Shown: piece after piece, positions 47,905 to 56,280 of the stretch
How the letters are laid out: each line of letters opens with the position of its first letter
Position numbering within the stretch: position 1 is the stretch's first letter
NCBI GenBank assembly: GCA_963801355.1
Contig: CAWDEM010000004.1
Span: 1,216,001-1,280,000, forward strand
Origin: Ignavibacteriota bacterium
GTDB taxonomy: Bacteria > Bacteroidota > Ignavibacteria > UBA10030 > UBA6906
Reading direction: 5' to 3'
DNA: 64,000 nt
The notes under the pieces: model-generated
Database searches by the model: none
Told to the model about the DNA's origin: nothing
What the model saw: only the letters and a program-made list of their open reading frames with translations
Translations under genes and position numbers: made by a program

Positions 47905-49278
47905 ATGCTCACCATCGATACATCTCTCACCCCGGAGAAGCTCCTTCCCGGAATCGACAGGGTCTTCTCTGTGTCGGCAAAGAAGATCGACGCACTCCAG
48001 AAACGCTGGGATCCCGCGCGTGGTACGCCGGTATTCACCGTGCGGGGTGAATACACGTCGCGGGGGTGGACTGAGTGGACGCAGGGCTTCCAGTTCGGGT
48101 CTGCCATACTGCAGTTTGACGCGACAGGTGATGAACATTTCCTCGCCATCGGGCGCGATGCGACGGTCCGGTACATGGCCACTCATGTCAGTCATATTGG
48201 AGTGCACGACCACGGTTTCAACAATATCAGCACCTACGGCAATCTGCTGCGGCTCATGAACGAGGGCAGAATGCCCGAAAATCCGTGGGAGCGGGCATTC
48301 TATGCTCTGGCCCTGAAGGTGAGCGGCGCAGTTCAGGCTGCGCGGTGGACCGATCTGGGAAGCGGCAGGGGGTACATTTATTCCTTTAACGGGCCGCACT
48401 CTCTCTTTGCCGATACGGTGCGCTCGCTCCGTGTGCTCGCCGTGGCTCACCGGTTCGGCCATGTGCTGATGGGAGAAAAGGACCGGAAGATATCGCTTCT
48501 GGACCGGCTCATCCGCCACGCCGACGCGACGGCCGAGTTCAACGTGTATTTCGGCGTAGGACGCGATGCGTATGACGTCCGGGGCAGGGTCGCCCATGAG
48601 GCAATATTCAACCTGAACGACGGCTCCTACCGTTGTCCCAGCTCACAACAGGGATACTCTCCCTTCAGCACGTGGACACGGGGCCATGCGTGGATACTCT
48701 GCGGCTTCGCAGAACAGCTTGAATTTCTGGACACTCTTGCCGGAACTGACTTCGTGTTCGGGGAGTCGAAGGAAGAGATCATGAAGAGATACCTCAACAC
48801 CGCGATCGCCGTTGCAGAGTTCTATCTGTCGCAAACACCTGTTGATGGCATTCCCTACTGGGACACCGGGGCGCCCGGGCTGGCGCGGATGGGGGACTAC
48901 CTGAACCGCCCCGCCGACCCGTTCAATGATCACGAGCCGGTGGACAGTTCTGCTGCGGCGATTGCAGCGCAGGGACTCATTCGACTGGGGAATTTTCTCT
49001 CAAAAAATGCGGAAGACCTCAAGGGAACCCGCTACAGGAAGGCGGGGCTCACCGTGGCAAAGACCCTTTTCGGGGAGCCCTATCTGTCAACCGATGCCGC
49101 ACATGAAGGGTTGATTCTGCACTCGGTGTACCACCGTCCCAACGGGTGGGATTATGTGCCGGAGGGGCACAAGGTCCCCTGTGGAGAAGCAACAATGTGG
49201 GGAGACTACCACTCGCGCGAGCTCGCGCTTCTCGTACAACGCATGGCGAAAGGCCAGCCGTACTATACATTCTTCTAG
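47905..49278 (+). CDS. GH88-like unsaturated glucuronyl hydrolase family protein
   Basis: WTQGF, HDHGF, TWTRGHAW, PYWD, DSSAAAIAA, WGDY. Confidence 0.8.
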   Translation: MLTIDTSLTPEKLLPGIDRVFSVSAKKIDALQKRWDPARGTPVFTVRGEYTSRGWTEWTQGFQFGSAILQFDATGDEHFLAIGRDATVRYMATHVSHIGVHDHGFNNISTYGNLLRLMNEGRMPENPWERAFYALALKVSGAVQAARWTDLGSGRGYIYSFNGPHSLFADTVRSLRVLAVAHRFGHVLMGEKDRKISLLDRLIRHADATAEFNVYFGVGRDAYDVRGRVAHEAIFNLNDGSYRCPSSQQGYSPFSTWTRGHAWILCGFAEQLEFLDTLAGTDFVFGESKEEIMKRYLNTAIAVAEFYLSQTPVDGIPYWDTGAPGLARMGDYLNRPADPFNDHEPVDSSAAAIAAQGLIRLGNFLSKNAEDLKGTRYRKAGLTVAKTLFGEPYLSTDAAHEGLILHSVYHRPNGWDYVPEGHKVPCGEATMWGDYHSRELALLVQRMAKGQPYYTFF

Positions 49279-50268
49279 CTGGTCTCCGCAGCAAAGAATG
49301 TCCAGAGGTTCTGCATCGGCGCCTGAGCAGGAACATCACACCCCGACGAGATCACGAAATTCTTGTACAGTGCCGTTGCCTCGAGCAACTTCTCTGTTTT
49401 CATGCGTGACTTCCGCGACTGTTCCGTTGACGAAAACCTCCGACGGATCGAGGTTTCCGCAGAGTACCACGTCGTTCGGAACCTGCTCCAGCGCTGCAAC
49501 GATGTCCATCGGCTTTCCGAAGTGAAAAATGCGCGCACCGGTCTCAAGGCTCGGTGCAAGGTGGGTGATCCTGGCCCCGCAATTGTGCAGGATCACCTGG
49601 AAGTCGTTGTCGTTTACCGCTGTAACGATCTGACGGACGTACGGTGTGCAGAACTGCCGGAATGACGCCGGTGACATCAATCCCGCCGTAGGTTCCGCCA
49701 TGAGCACGCCGTGAGCACCCGCCTCTTTGAACGCGCGGGCATAGGCGATGAGAAATGCGGTGGTCTTTTCCAGGAGCGTGTGCATGAGTTCCGGCTCGCC
49801 CATGGTTTCCGCCAGCGCCTCACTCACGCCATAGAGTCGACCTGCCAGCGAAAAGGGGCCGATCATCCCGCCGAGAACCAGCGCGCCGGCGACCCGTGCA
49901 CGCAGCCGTCGTACCGTCGCGAGATAGACTCCGGTGCGTTTCGTCCCGATCTTCGGGATCGCCAATGACGCGATGCCGTTGCCCTCCGTGAGGTAACGGC
50001 CCACGACGGAGGGAATTTCCCAGTCGTCCATCGTGATTGTCGCCCCGAAGGCTTCTGCCTCAACGCTCAAATCCATTGCCGACAGAACGAAGGGCGTCTG
50101 GAACTGTGCCTGCAGTGCCTCCGATGCCGCACATTGCTTCACCGGGTCGGTCACCATTTCGCGAACATTGGTATGCGTGAGTCGCGCACCGGGGAACGTT
50201 ATGATCGGCATGAAAAGACGGCTGGGAGAAGAGAGAATCGTTGCGACCAGTTGCGGTGTTGCGGTCAT
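49275..50268 (-). CDS. URO-D/MtaA-CmuA family corrinoid methyltransferase; +1 frameshift at ~49404
   Basis: DLSVEAEAFG, GPFSLA, AEPTA, LHNCG, GNLDP; shifted frame continues KTEKLL..FVISSGCDVP to TAG at 49275. Confidence 0.85.
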
Positions 50269-50279
50269 ACAGAGTCCTT

Positions 50280-51806
50280 TCACGCTGATGTGCTCTCAAT
50301 GTTCGCGGGGAACAGCATCTCTTCGACATACGCATCCTGAAATCCCTGCAGTCCGCTCAACGAGACGTGAGCGATGCGGTGGGCGAGGGCGTCAAATACG
50401 GCCGGATCGACAAACAGGGCCATCTTGGCGCCAAGGAGTGCGGTGTTGCCCGCCGGATGAATCTGGTCCAGAGCAAATGGCAGCAACCCGATGCGCCGGG
50501 CACTCGCGGTGTCGACATAGTTGCCGAAAGCGCCTGCAAGATCCACCCTCTCGATTTCCGGGCCCCGGAGTGTGAGCTCGTGCAGTAACAGCCGGATCCC
50601 TGCCGCAATGGCACCCTTAGCCAGCTGAAGTTCGCGGATGTCCGTCTGGGAAATTTTGACCGGGTCACACAGCATGAGTGATGGTTCTCCGCCCGCCAGA
50701 CGGCCACCTGGCAGGACCCGCTGCAGATCAAGTGCGCAGGCGACCGCATCCACCAATCCACTCCCGCATATCCCGCGGGGGGCGACGTTCCCGAGCACGT
50801 GACAGAGGAGCTGTCCGTTGTTCGTCCGCACGGCCGACACAGCGCCTGTCGATGCACGCATACCCATGTAAATGCGGGCACCTTCGAATGCCGGACCAGC
50901 GGCAGTCGAGGCACAGAGCATCTGCCTGCCGTTGCCGATCACTATTTCGCCGTTGGTGCCGAGATCAATCAGCACATGCGGCCGATCGGCGTTCTGCAGC
51001 CCTGTGGCAAAAACTCCCGCCAGAATATCGCTGCCGACGAATCCCCCGATGTCCGGAAGAAACCGGATCTGAGGTGTTCCCTGCAAAGCCCACCCGAGCT
51101 GCGGGGCATCACATATCGTCCCTCCGAGGTGCTCCGGTTCAAACGGATAGTGCGAGAGGGGTTCTACGGAACGATCGGAAAACAGATGATGCATTACGGT
51201 GTTGCCGACAAGGACGATATCCCGGACAGGATCGGCCGCCCGCCCGGCCCCCTGAAGCAACTCCACGATCATCTTCCCGATCTGCCGGCGCACGGCCTCC
51301 ACGAGTCTGGCCTGCCCGCCCTCATGGACGGCGTATCCCACGCGGGACATGATGTCAGCACCGAATCGGGCCTGAGGGTTGAGGGCTGTCCTGACGGCCA
51401 GGACCTCAGCGCGTTCCAGATCCAGGAGTTGAGCGACGAGAGTGGTCGTCCCCACGTCAATTGCGATGCCCAGACCGGATTTCGGGACGAAGGAGAAGCT
51501 GGTCGTATCGGCGAGGATCTGGGCTTCCCATTGCGCCAGTTCCAGGACCAGGTCACTGTCAGCGTTGCACTGGCAGGAGAGACGCCAGCCGGCCGCGAGT
51601 TCCTCCGGTGTGAGCATCCGCTCCTGCTCGTCATTGACCGGGAGATCTCCTTCGATAACACGAACACGGCATCCTTTACATTTTCCCTTCCCTCCGCAGG
51701 GAAATTCCACGCCGAAGGGAAATAGCACGTCTTGAAGGGGCGTGCCGCGAGGGGCGTCGAAAGCCGCGCCCATCGGGCGGAGACGAATGTGGACCGTTTC
51801 GTTCAT
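50280..51806 (-). CDS. ASKHA-domain ATP-dependent corrinoid reductive activator (RACo/RamA-like, DUF4445) with N-terminal 2Fe-2S
   Basis: CGGKGKCKGC..RLSCQ, IDVGTTT, GADIMSR, DLGTNGEIV, AGPAFEG, GICGSG, AGAFG. Confidence 0.92.
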   Translation of the reverse strand: MNETVHIRLRPMGAAFDAPRGTPLQDVLFPFGVEFPCGGKGKCKGCRVRVIEGDLPVNDEQERMLTPEELAAGWRLSCQCNADSDLVLELAQWEAQILADTTSFSFVPKSGLGIAIDVGTTTLVAQLLDLERAEVLAVRTALNPQARFGADIMSRVGYAVHEGGQARLVEAVRRQIGKMIVELLQGAGRAADPVRDIVLVGNTVMHHLFSDRSVEPLSHYPFEPEHLGGTICDAPQLGWALQGTPQIRFLPDIGGFVGSDILAGVFATGLQNADRPHVLIDLGTNGEIVIGNGRQMLCASTAAGPAFEGARIYMGMRASTGAVSAVRTNNGQLLCHVLGNVAPRGICGSGLVDAVACALDLQRVLPGGRLAGGEPSLMLCDPVKISQTDIRELQLAKGAIAAGIRLLLHELTLRGPEIERVDLAGAFGNYVDTASARRIGLLPFALDQIHPAGNTALLGAKMALFVDPAVFDALAHRIAHVSLSGLQGFQDAYVEEMLFPANIESTSA

Positions 51807-52552
51807 TCCGAGGCGGGTTGGGCGTCGATGATGCGTTCGTCGTATGTGGCGACGACGCGATGTCCGGGCGGCACGACGAGAAACTCCTCAGTATTCCATA
51901 CGGCATGCACAAGGTGCTCGAGGAGTGCGAGGTCGCCCTTCACGGCGTCGAACTTCCATCCATGTTCGCGAGCGCGGGCTTCCGCTTCTTTGTGAAAGCG
52001 GTCATCGGGTTCGACGCCCATGGCAATGTAGGAGATCTGCCGGTAGTTCCTCGTCGTGTCGCACAGCTGTTCGAAAAGGTACTGTGCGTTTTCTGCACCG
52101 TACTTCTCCGTGAGCTGTGCGAGCGTCATGTCCATTCCGTTCTTGGCTGCAATGGAGAGTTGTCTGAGTTCGCCGGAGGCTTCGCCGCGTTCAATCCATC
52201 CCGACGTGAGGAAGTAGGTGCCGGGGTTGTCGGTGAAGTACTGCTGGTAGCGGGCGCGGCTGCCCAGGAAGAGGGTCATGCAATCATGACCGCGGGGAAT
52301 AACCAGAGGGAGTGTCCGTGCGCGGAGTCCGCTGACACCGTTGTTGCAGAGGGCGTAGCCCATGAGCACGGCATCATACCCGGGTGTGTCGGCGGCGTCC
52401 ACTGCGGCTTGCAGACGGGCGAGCATCCCATCGGCGCCGATATCGTGGAGTCCTTTTGGCAGGACAGCCAGATCCACCTGATGCGGTGAGCGGGCAATCA
52501 GCGCGCAGAGCTCACGATAGAGAACCTCGCACGCAACAAGTTTCAGTTTCAC
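51803..52552 (-). CDS. DUF1638 domain protein
   Basis: LVACEV, GLH, GYALCNNG, HDCMTLFLGS, GTYFLTSGW. Confidence 0.85.
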   Translation of the reverse strand: MKLKLVACEVLYRELCALIARSPHQVDLAVLPKGLHDIGADGMLARLQAAVDAADTPGYDAVLMGYALCNNGVSGLRARTLPLVIPRGHDCMTLFLGSRARYQQYFTDNPGTYFLTSGWIERGEASGELRQLSIAAKNGMDMTLAQLTEKYGAENAQYLFEQLCDTTRNYRQISYIAMGVEPDDRFHKEAEARAREHGWKFDAVKGDLALLEHLVHAVWNTEEFLVVPPGHRVVATYDERIIDAQPASE

Positions 52553-52579
52553 GGGATTCGGGCTACGGGCGCCGGGGGA

Positions 52580-53446
52580 TCAGGGCCGCAGCGCTTTCTG
52601 CAGTGCATGAATGAATTCGGGGGAGGTCCCGCAGCACCCGCCGACAAATGCCACGCCGGCCTTACGCAAGGATTCCGCCTGGCGCGCAAACTCGGCAGGA
52701 GTGGTACGGTACACGATGTGCCCGTCAACAAGTTCCGGGAGACCCGCGTTGGGCTTGATCCAGATAGGCAGCGGTGTCGCCATGCGGAGGCGTTGCGCAA
52801 TGGGTATGTAGCCCTCCATGCCCAGCCCGCAATTCGCACCGATCACGTCCGCTCCCGCCTCGGTAAGCGCCTCGGCCACCTCCTCCGGTGTCGATCCCAT
52901 CATCGTGCGGTCTTTCTGTTTACCCGAGTCGAAGACCATCGATGCGACGACCGGCAGACCGACGGTCTTTGCCGCGCGGACAGCAATGCATGCCTCCTCG
53001 AGGTCGGACATTGTTTCGATGACAAGGGCATCCGCCGCACCGAGTGCCGATGTCTGCTCTGCAAATGCGTTGAAGACCTCTTCCTCGCTCACCTCTCCCA
53101 TCATCAGCATCTTCCCTGTCGGCCCGATGGACGCGAACACCCTGGCGCGTGCACCTGCAGCTCCGCGCGAGATTTCCACACCCGCGCGATTGATCTCGAG
53201 AACGCGGTCCCCAAGCCCGTGAGCCGTCAGGGTAATCCTGTTGCTTCTGAAGGTATTGGTGAGGATCACCTTGCTCCCTGCATCCACGTAGCTCTGGGCC
53301 ACCCGGCGCACAAGGTCCGGGTGAGTGAGATTCCAACCATCGGGACACTCGCCGGCGGGCAGACCCAATGCCTGTAGCTGTGTACCCCATGCGCCGTCGG
53401 TAATGACCGGATCCGGTCCGAGCAGTTGTGCGAGCAGGGAGGACAT
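52580..53446 (-). CDS. Homocysteine S-methyltransferase family protein (stand-alone MetH N-terminal-like domain)
   Basis: DGAWGT, ILTNTF, SIGPTG, IETM, GANCG, PNAGLP, GGCCGT; SD AGGAG before ATG 53446. Confidence 0.92.
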   Translation of the reverse strand: MSSLLAQLLGPDPVITDGAWGTQLQALGLPAGECPDGWNLTHPDLVRRVAQSYVDAGSKVILTNTFRSNRITLTAHGLGDRVLEINRAGVEISRGAAGARARVFASIGPTGKMLMMGEVSEEEVFNAFAEQTSALGAADALVIETMSDLEEACIAVRAAKTVGLPVVASMVFDSGKQKDRTMMGSTPEEVAEALTEAGADVIGANCGLGMEGYIPIAQRLRMATPLPIWIKPNAGLPELVDGHIVYRTTPAEFARQAESLRKAGVAFVGGCCGTSPEFIHALQKALRP

Positions 53447-53456
53447 TGCGGGACTC

Positions 53457-54092
53457 CTACGCGGCGGAGAGCCTGCGCGCGAGCGCGACTGCCGCGTTGG
53501 CATTGTTGCTGTAGCCGTCTGCGCCGATTTCGTCGGCATATTTCTGCGTCACCGGTGCCCCACCGATCATGATCTTGACCTTGTTCCGCACTCCGGCGGC
53601 GTTGATGGCATCCACCGTCGTCTTCATGGAATTCATCGTGGTGGTGAGGAGGGCGGACATCGCCACGAGGCCTGCGCGTCGTTCGTTCAGCGCTGCTATG
53701 AATTTTTCCGGGGCAACGTCCACACCCAGATCAATGACTTCAAAACCCGCGCCCTCGAGCATGGCTGCCACCAGATTCTTGCCGATGTCGTGCAAATCAC
53801 CCTTGACCGTCCCGATGACCACGCGGCCCGCCGGTTCGGCGCCTCTGGCCGCCAGGAGGGGACGGATCAGCTCGAGGCAAGCCTTCATCGCCCGGGCCGA
53901 TATCAGCAATTCCGGCACGAAGTACTCATTGGCCTCATAGCGGCGTCCGACTTCGTCCATGGCAGGGATCATTTGCTCCTGCACGAGCGCCTGCGGATCG
54001 ATGCCCGCGGCCAGCGCCTGTTGTGTGATCTCACGTGCGGACTTGAAATTCCCGGTGAGAATGGCATCGTACATCTTCTTCAGATCTTCCAT
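53457..54092 (-). CDS. Corrinoid (B12-binding) methyl-carrier protein, MtbC/MttC-like
   Basis: Cap domain (FVPELL.SARAM) plus GTVKGDLHDIGKNLV, DLGVDV, SALLTTT, GGAPV. Confidence 0.95.
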   Translation of the reverse strand: MEDLKKMYDAILTGNFKSAREITQQALAAGIDPQALVQEQMIPAMDEVGRRYEANEYFVPELLISARAMKACLELIRPLLAARGAEPAGRVVIGTVKGDLHDIGKNLVAAMLEGAGFEVIDLGVDVAPEKFIAALNERRAGLVAMSALLTTTMNSMKTTVDAINAAGVRNKVKIMIGGAPVTQKYADEIGADGYSNNANAAVALARRLSAA

Positions 54093-54132
54093 CGAAAGAG
54101 ATCTCCTTCCCGTTGAGTTTCCTCGGAGTGGA

Positions 54133-55182
54133 TCACACTCCGTGTTCGTAAATCGTTTTGTATAGTGTCGTAATATTCTCTGTCGGCGTCACCGGCTGGA
54201 TATTGTGACAGGGGGCGCAGATCCAGCGGCTGCCACTGAAGATGCGGATGTTGTCCAGGACCTCGTTGCGCACGTCCGTCACCGACCCGAACGGGAGAGT
54301 GAACTGATTGTCGACTGCGCCGTGGAAAATCACGCGTCGCCCGAAATCCCTGACCAGGCCTTCCCGTTCCATTCCCGGGCAGCGCCACTGAATGGGATTC
54401 AAAACCTCAATGCCCGTGACGTCGAGCAGATCGGGAATGATCTCACGCGCTGCCCCGTCTGTATGATAGAAGACGTGGATGCCGAAGCTGCGTGCCAGAT
54501 CCGCCATCTTCTTCTGACGCGGAAGGATGTACTTGCGGATTTCAGGTACGCCGAACAACAGAGACGTCTGTCCGCCGAGATCCTCCGCAACGTAGGTGAT
54601 ATCAATCCGGCCTTTGCCGAGTTCGAACAACCGGCTGTTCAGCTCGAGATGGTATTGAAAAATGTGTTCAAGGGCGGCATCGACGATTTCGGGTTCGACC
54701 TTAAGATCCATCATAGCCAATTCCATGCCGCGCAGTGCGCAGTAGAGCAGGAACGGCTCATAGTTGCCGGCGCAGAGTATGCGGTGAGGCGGCGACCCGG
54801 CGACCTCGCGTGCGAAGCGGTCGAAGTCAACGTCTCCGGCACACGGCCAACCATACGCGTGGATTTCCTCAACCGAGCTGACATTCTCCAGCGGATGATT
54901 GGCAAACTCGTCATAGCTCCCGGCTCCGTAGCTGACAGCCTTGCGCCGTATCCCCCAGATGTCCGCACGAGCATCTATGGGGAAGTGGTCCACGGTGTGC
55001 ACGGGTTTGAGCTCCACGACGCCGTCGATGTGCAACGTAGTGTAGAGCTCCTCCTTGTTCGCGCACCGCAACTCGCGCAGGAGTCGCTCGGTCACTTCGT
55101 CGGTCGCCCAATAATCAGTGGGAATACGATCCGGTTTCTCGCCGTTGAAAAGGGCCAACCAGCGTTCACGTGGAGTCAGCAT
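54133..55182 (-). CDS. URO-D superfamily protein, candidate substrate:corrinoid methyltransferase
   Basis: TPRER..KPDRIP, EDLGGQ, YHTDG, LNPIQ, FHGAVDNQ, APCHNIQ..TP.EN. Confidence 0.85.
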   Translation of the reverse strand: MLTPRERWLALFNGEKPDRIPTDYWATDEVTERLLRELRCANKEELYTTLHIDGVVELKPVHTVDHFPIDARADIWGIRRKAVSYGAGSYDEFANHPLENVSSVEEIHAYGWPCAGDVDFDRFAREVAGSPPHRILCAGNYEPFLLYCALRGMELAMMDLKVEPEIVDAALEHIFQYHLELNSRLFELGKGRIDITYVAEDLGGQTSLLFGVPEIRKYILPRQKKMADLARSFGIHVFYHTDGAAREIIPDLLDVTGIEVLNPIQWRCPGMEREGLVRDFGRRVIFHGAVDNQFTLPFGSVTDVRNEVLDNIRIFSGSRWICAPCHNIQPVTPTENITTLYKTIYEHGV

Positions 55183-55187
55183 TGCAA

Positions 55188-55216
55188 AAGATGCACGAAA
55201 ATTCCCCGAAAATCAA
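55188..55216 (-). promoter_or_regulatory. Candidate sigma70 promoter for the corrinoid operon (leaderless)
   Basis: TTGATT-N17-CATCTT ending 5 nt before the ATG at 55182; no SD. Confidence 0.4.
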
Positions 55217-55280
55217 CCCCCGGTGTCCACCGTTTTACTGGCTATCCAGTGTTTTGCGTATTGCACAACCGCAGCACTGC

Positions 55281-55309
55281 TTGACTGAAACGGGAAATAC
55301 CCCTATTCT
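55281..55309 (+). promoter_or_regulatory. Candidate sigma70 promoter
   Basis: TTGACT (55281)-N17-TATTCT (55304). Confidence 0.6.
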
Positions 55310-55335
55310 TGTCTGACAAACTCCGGCGCGCGCGC

Positions 55336-56226
55336 ATGAGGAATCGGTCTGTCCTGATCGCTGTATCTTTGGGTTGCGCACTGGGGTCTGACCCCTCATG
55401 CACCCCATGCGCACAGGAGTCTGACCCCAACCGATTGATGATCGTCAATAGTCTATTGACTATTGACAATTGGTTCGGGTATGACCCCTCATGCCAGCAG
55501 GGGTGCTCAACCCGGCCCGGCACAACGCGCGCCGTGTATAGTCATGGCGGGATTGTGAGGATGGATACGACCCGGCGGGCGATCTATCTGGTGTTCACGG
55601 GCCATGAGTTCGCGGACGGGGGGGAATCCATCCGGATGACGCTGAAGCGGCAGGGGATCAAGGGATCATTCTTTTTCACCGGCGATTTCTTTCGCAACCC
55701 CTCCTTCCGTCAGACTATTCTTGCTCTTCACGCAGATGGGCACTACCTCGGACCACATTCCGACAGGCACCTCCTGTATGTTCCATGGGAAAACCGTGAT
55801 TCGCTGCTGGTGAGCCATAGAGAGTTTCTTGAGGATCTTTTCGGCAACTATTCCGCCATGGAATCCCTGGGAATATCCGCGGAGGGATCGAAGTATTTCC
55901 TTCCGGCATATGAATGGTACAACGATTCTATTGCTGGGTGGTGCAATCAGAACGGCGTCACGCTTGTGAATTTCACGGCCGGCACGTCGTCAAACGCTGA
56001 TTACACCTATCCCGCTCTGGGTGAGCGCTATGTCCCGTCCGATACGATTTTCTCAAGGATTCTGAGCTTTGAACAACGATCATCCTCCGGATTGAACGGT
56101 TTCCTCCTTCTCACACACATCGGCGCTGACCCATCCCGCCCCGACAAGTTCTATGCTCGACTGGATTCGCTTGTAACCCTGCTCCGGGCAAGGGGATATT
56201 CCTTCCATCGCCTCGGCAACGAGTGA
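55336..56226 (+). CDS. Polysaccharide deacetylase (NodB/CE4-like) family protein
   Basis: IYLVFTG, SFFFTG, YLGPHSDRH, FLPAYEWYN, LLTHIG; N-terminus uncertain because of repeats. Confidence 0.8.
   Translation: MRNRSVLIAVSLGCALGSDPSCTPCAQESDPNRLMIVNSLLTIDNWFGYDPSCQQGCSTRPGTTRAVYSHGGIVRMDTTRRAIYLVFTGHEFADGGESIRMTLKRQGIKGSFFFTGDFFRNPSFRQTILALHADGHYLGPHSDRHLLYVPWENRDSLLVSHREFLEDLFGNYSAMESLGISAEGSKYFLPAYEWYNDSIAGWCNQNGVTLVNFTAGTSSNADYTYPALGERYVPSDTIFSRILSFEQRSSSGLNGFLLLTHIGADPSRPDKFYARLDSLVTLLRARGYSFHRLGNE
55375..55494 (+). repeat. Cluster of REP-like GGGGTCTGACCCC palindromes plus TATTGAC heptamer repeats
   Basis: Copies at 55383-55395, 55416-55428 and 55477-55488; 21-bp direct repeat with 33-bp period; palindrome GTCAATAGTCTATTGAC at 55444-55460. 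Confidence 0.7.
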
Positions 56227-56280
56227 AACCTCCGCCCGTGCATTCCGTACCACTAGCTGGACAGGAAAAGGAGAGAAGCG

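Noticed and set aside
49275-55182. Pyrrolysine/selenocysteine readthrough in the methyltransferases
   Set aside because: No in-frame TAG/TGA interrupts these genes; the one break is a frameshift
55375-55494. Possible mini CRISPR array
   Set aside because: Repeats are only 13-21 bp, degenerate and irregularly spaced; no cas genes
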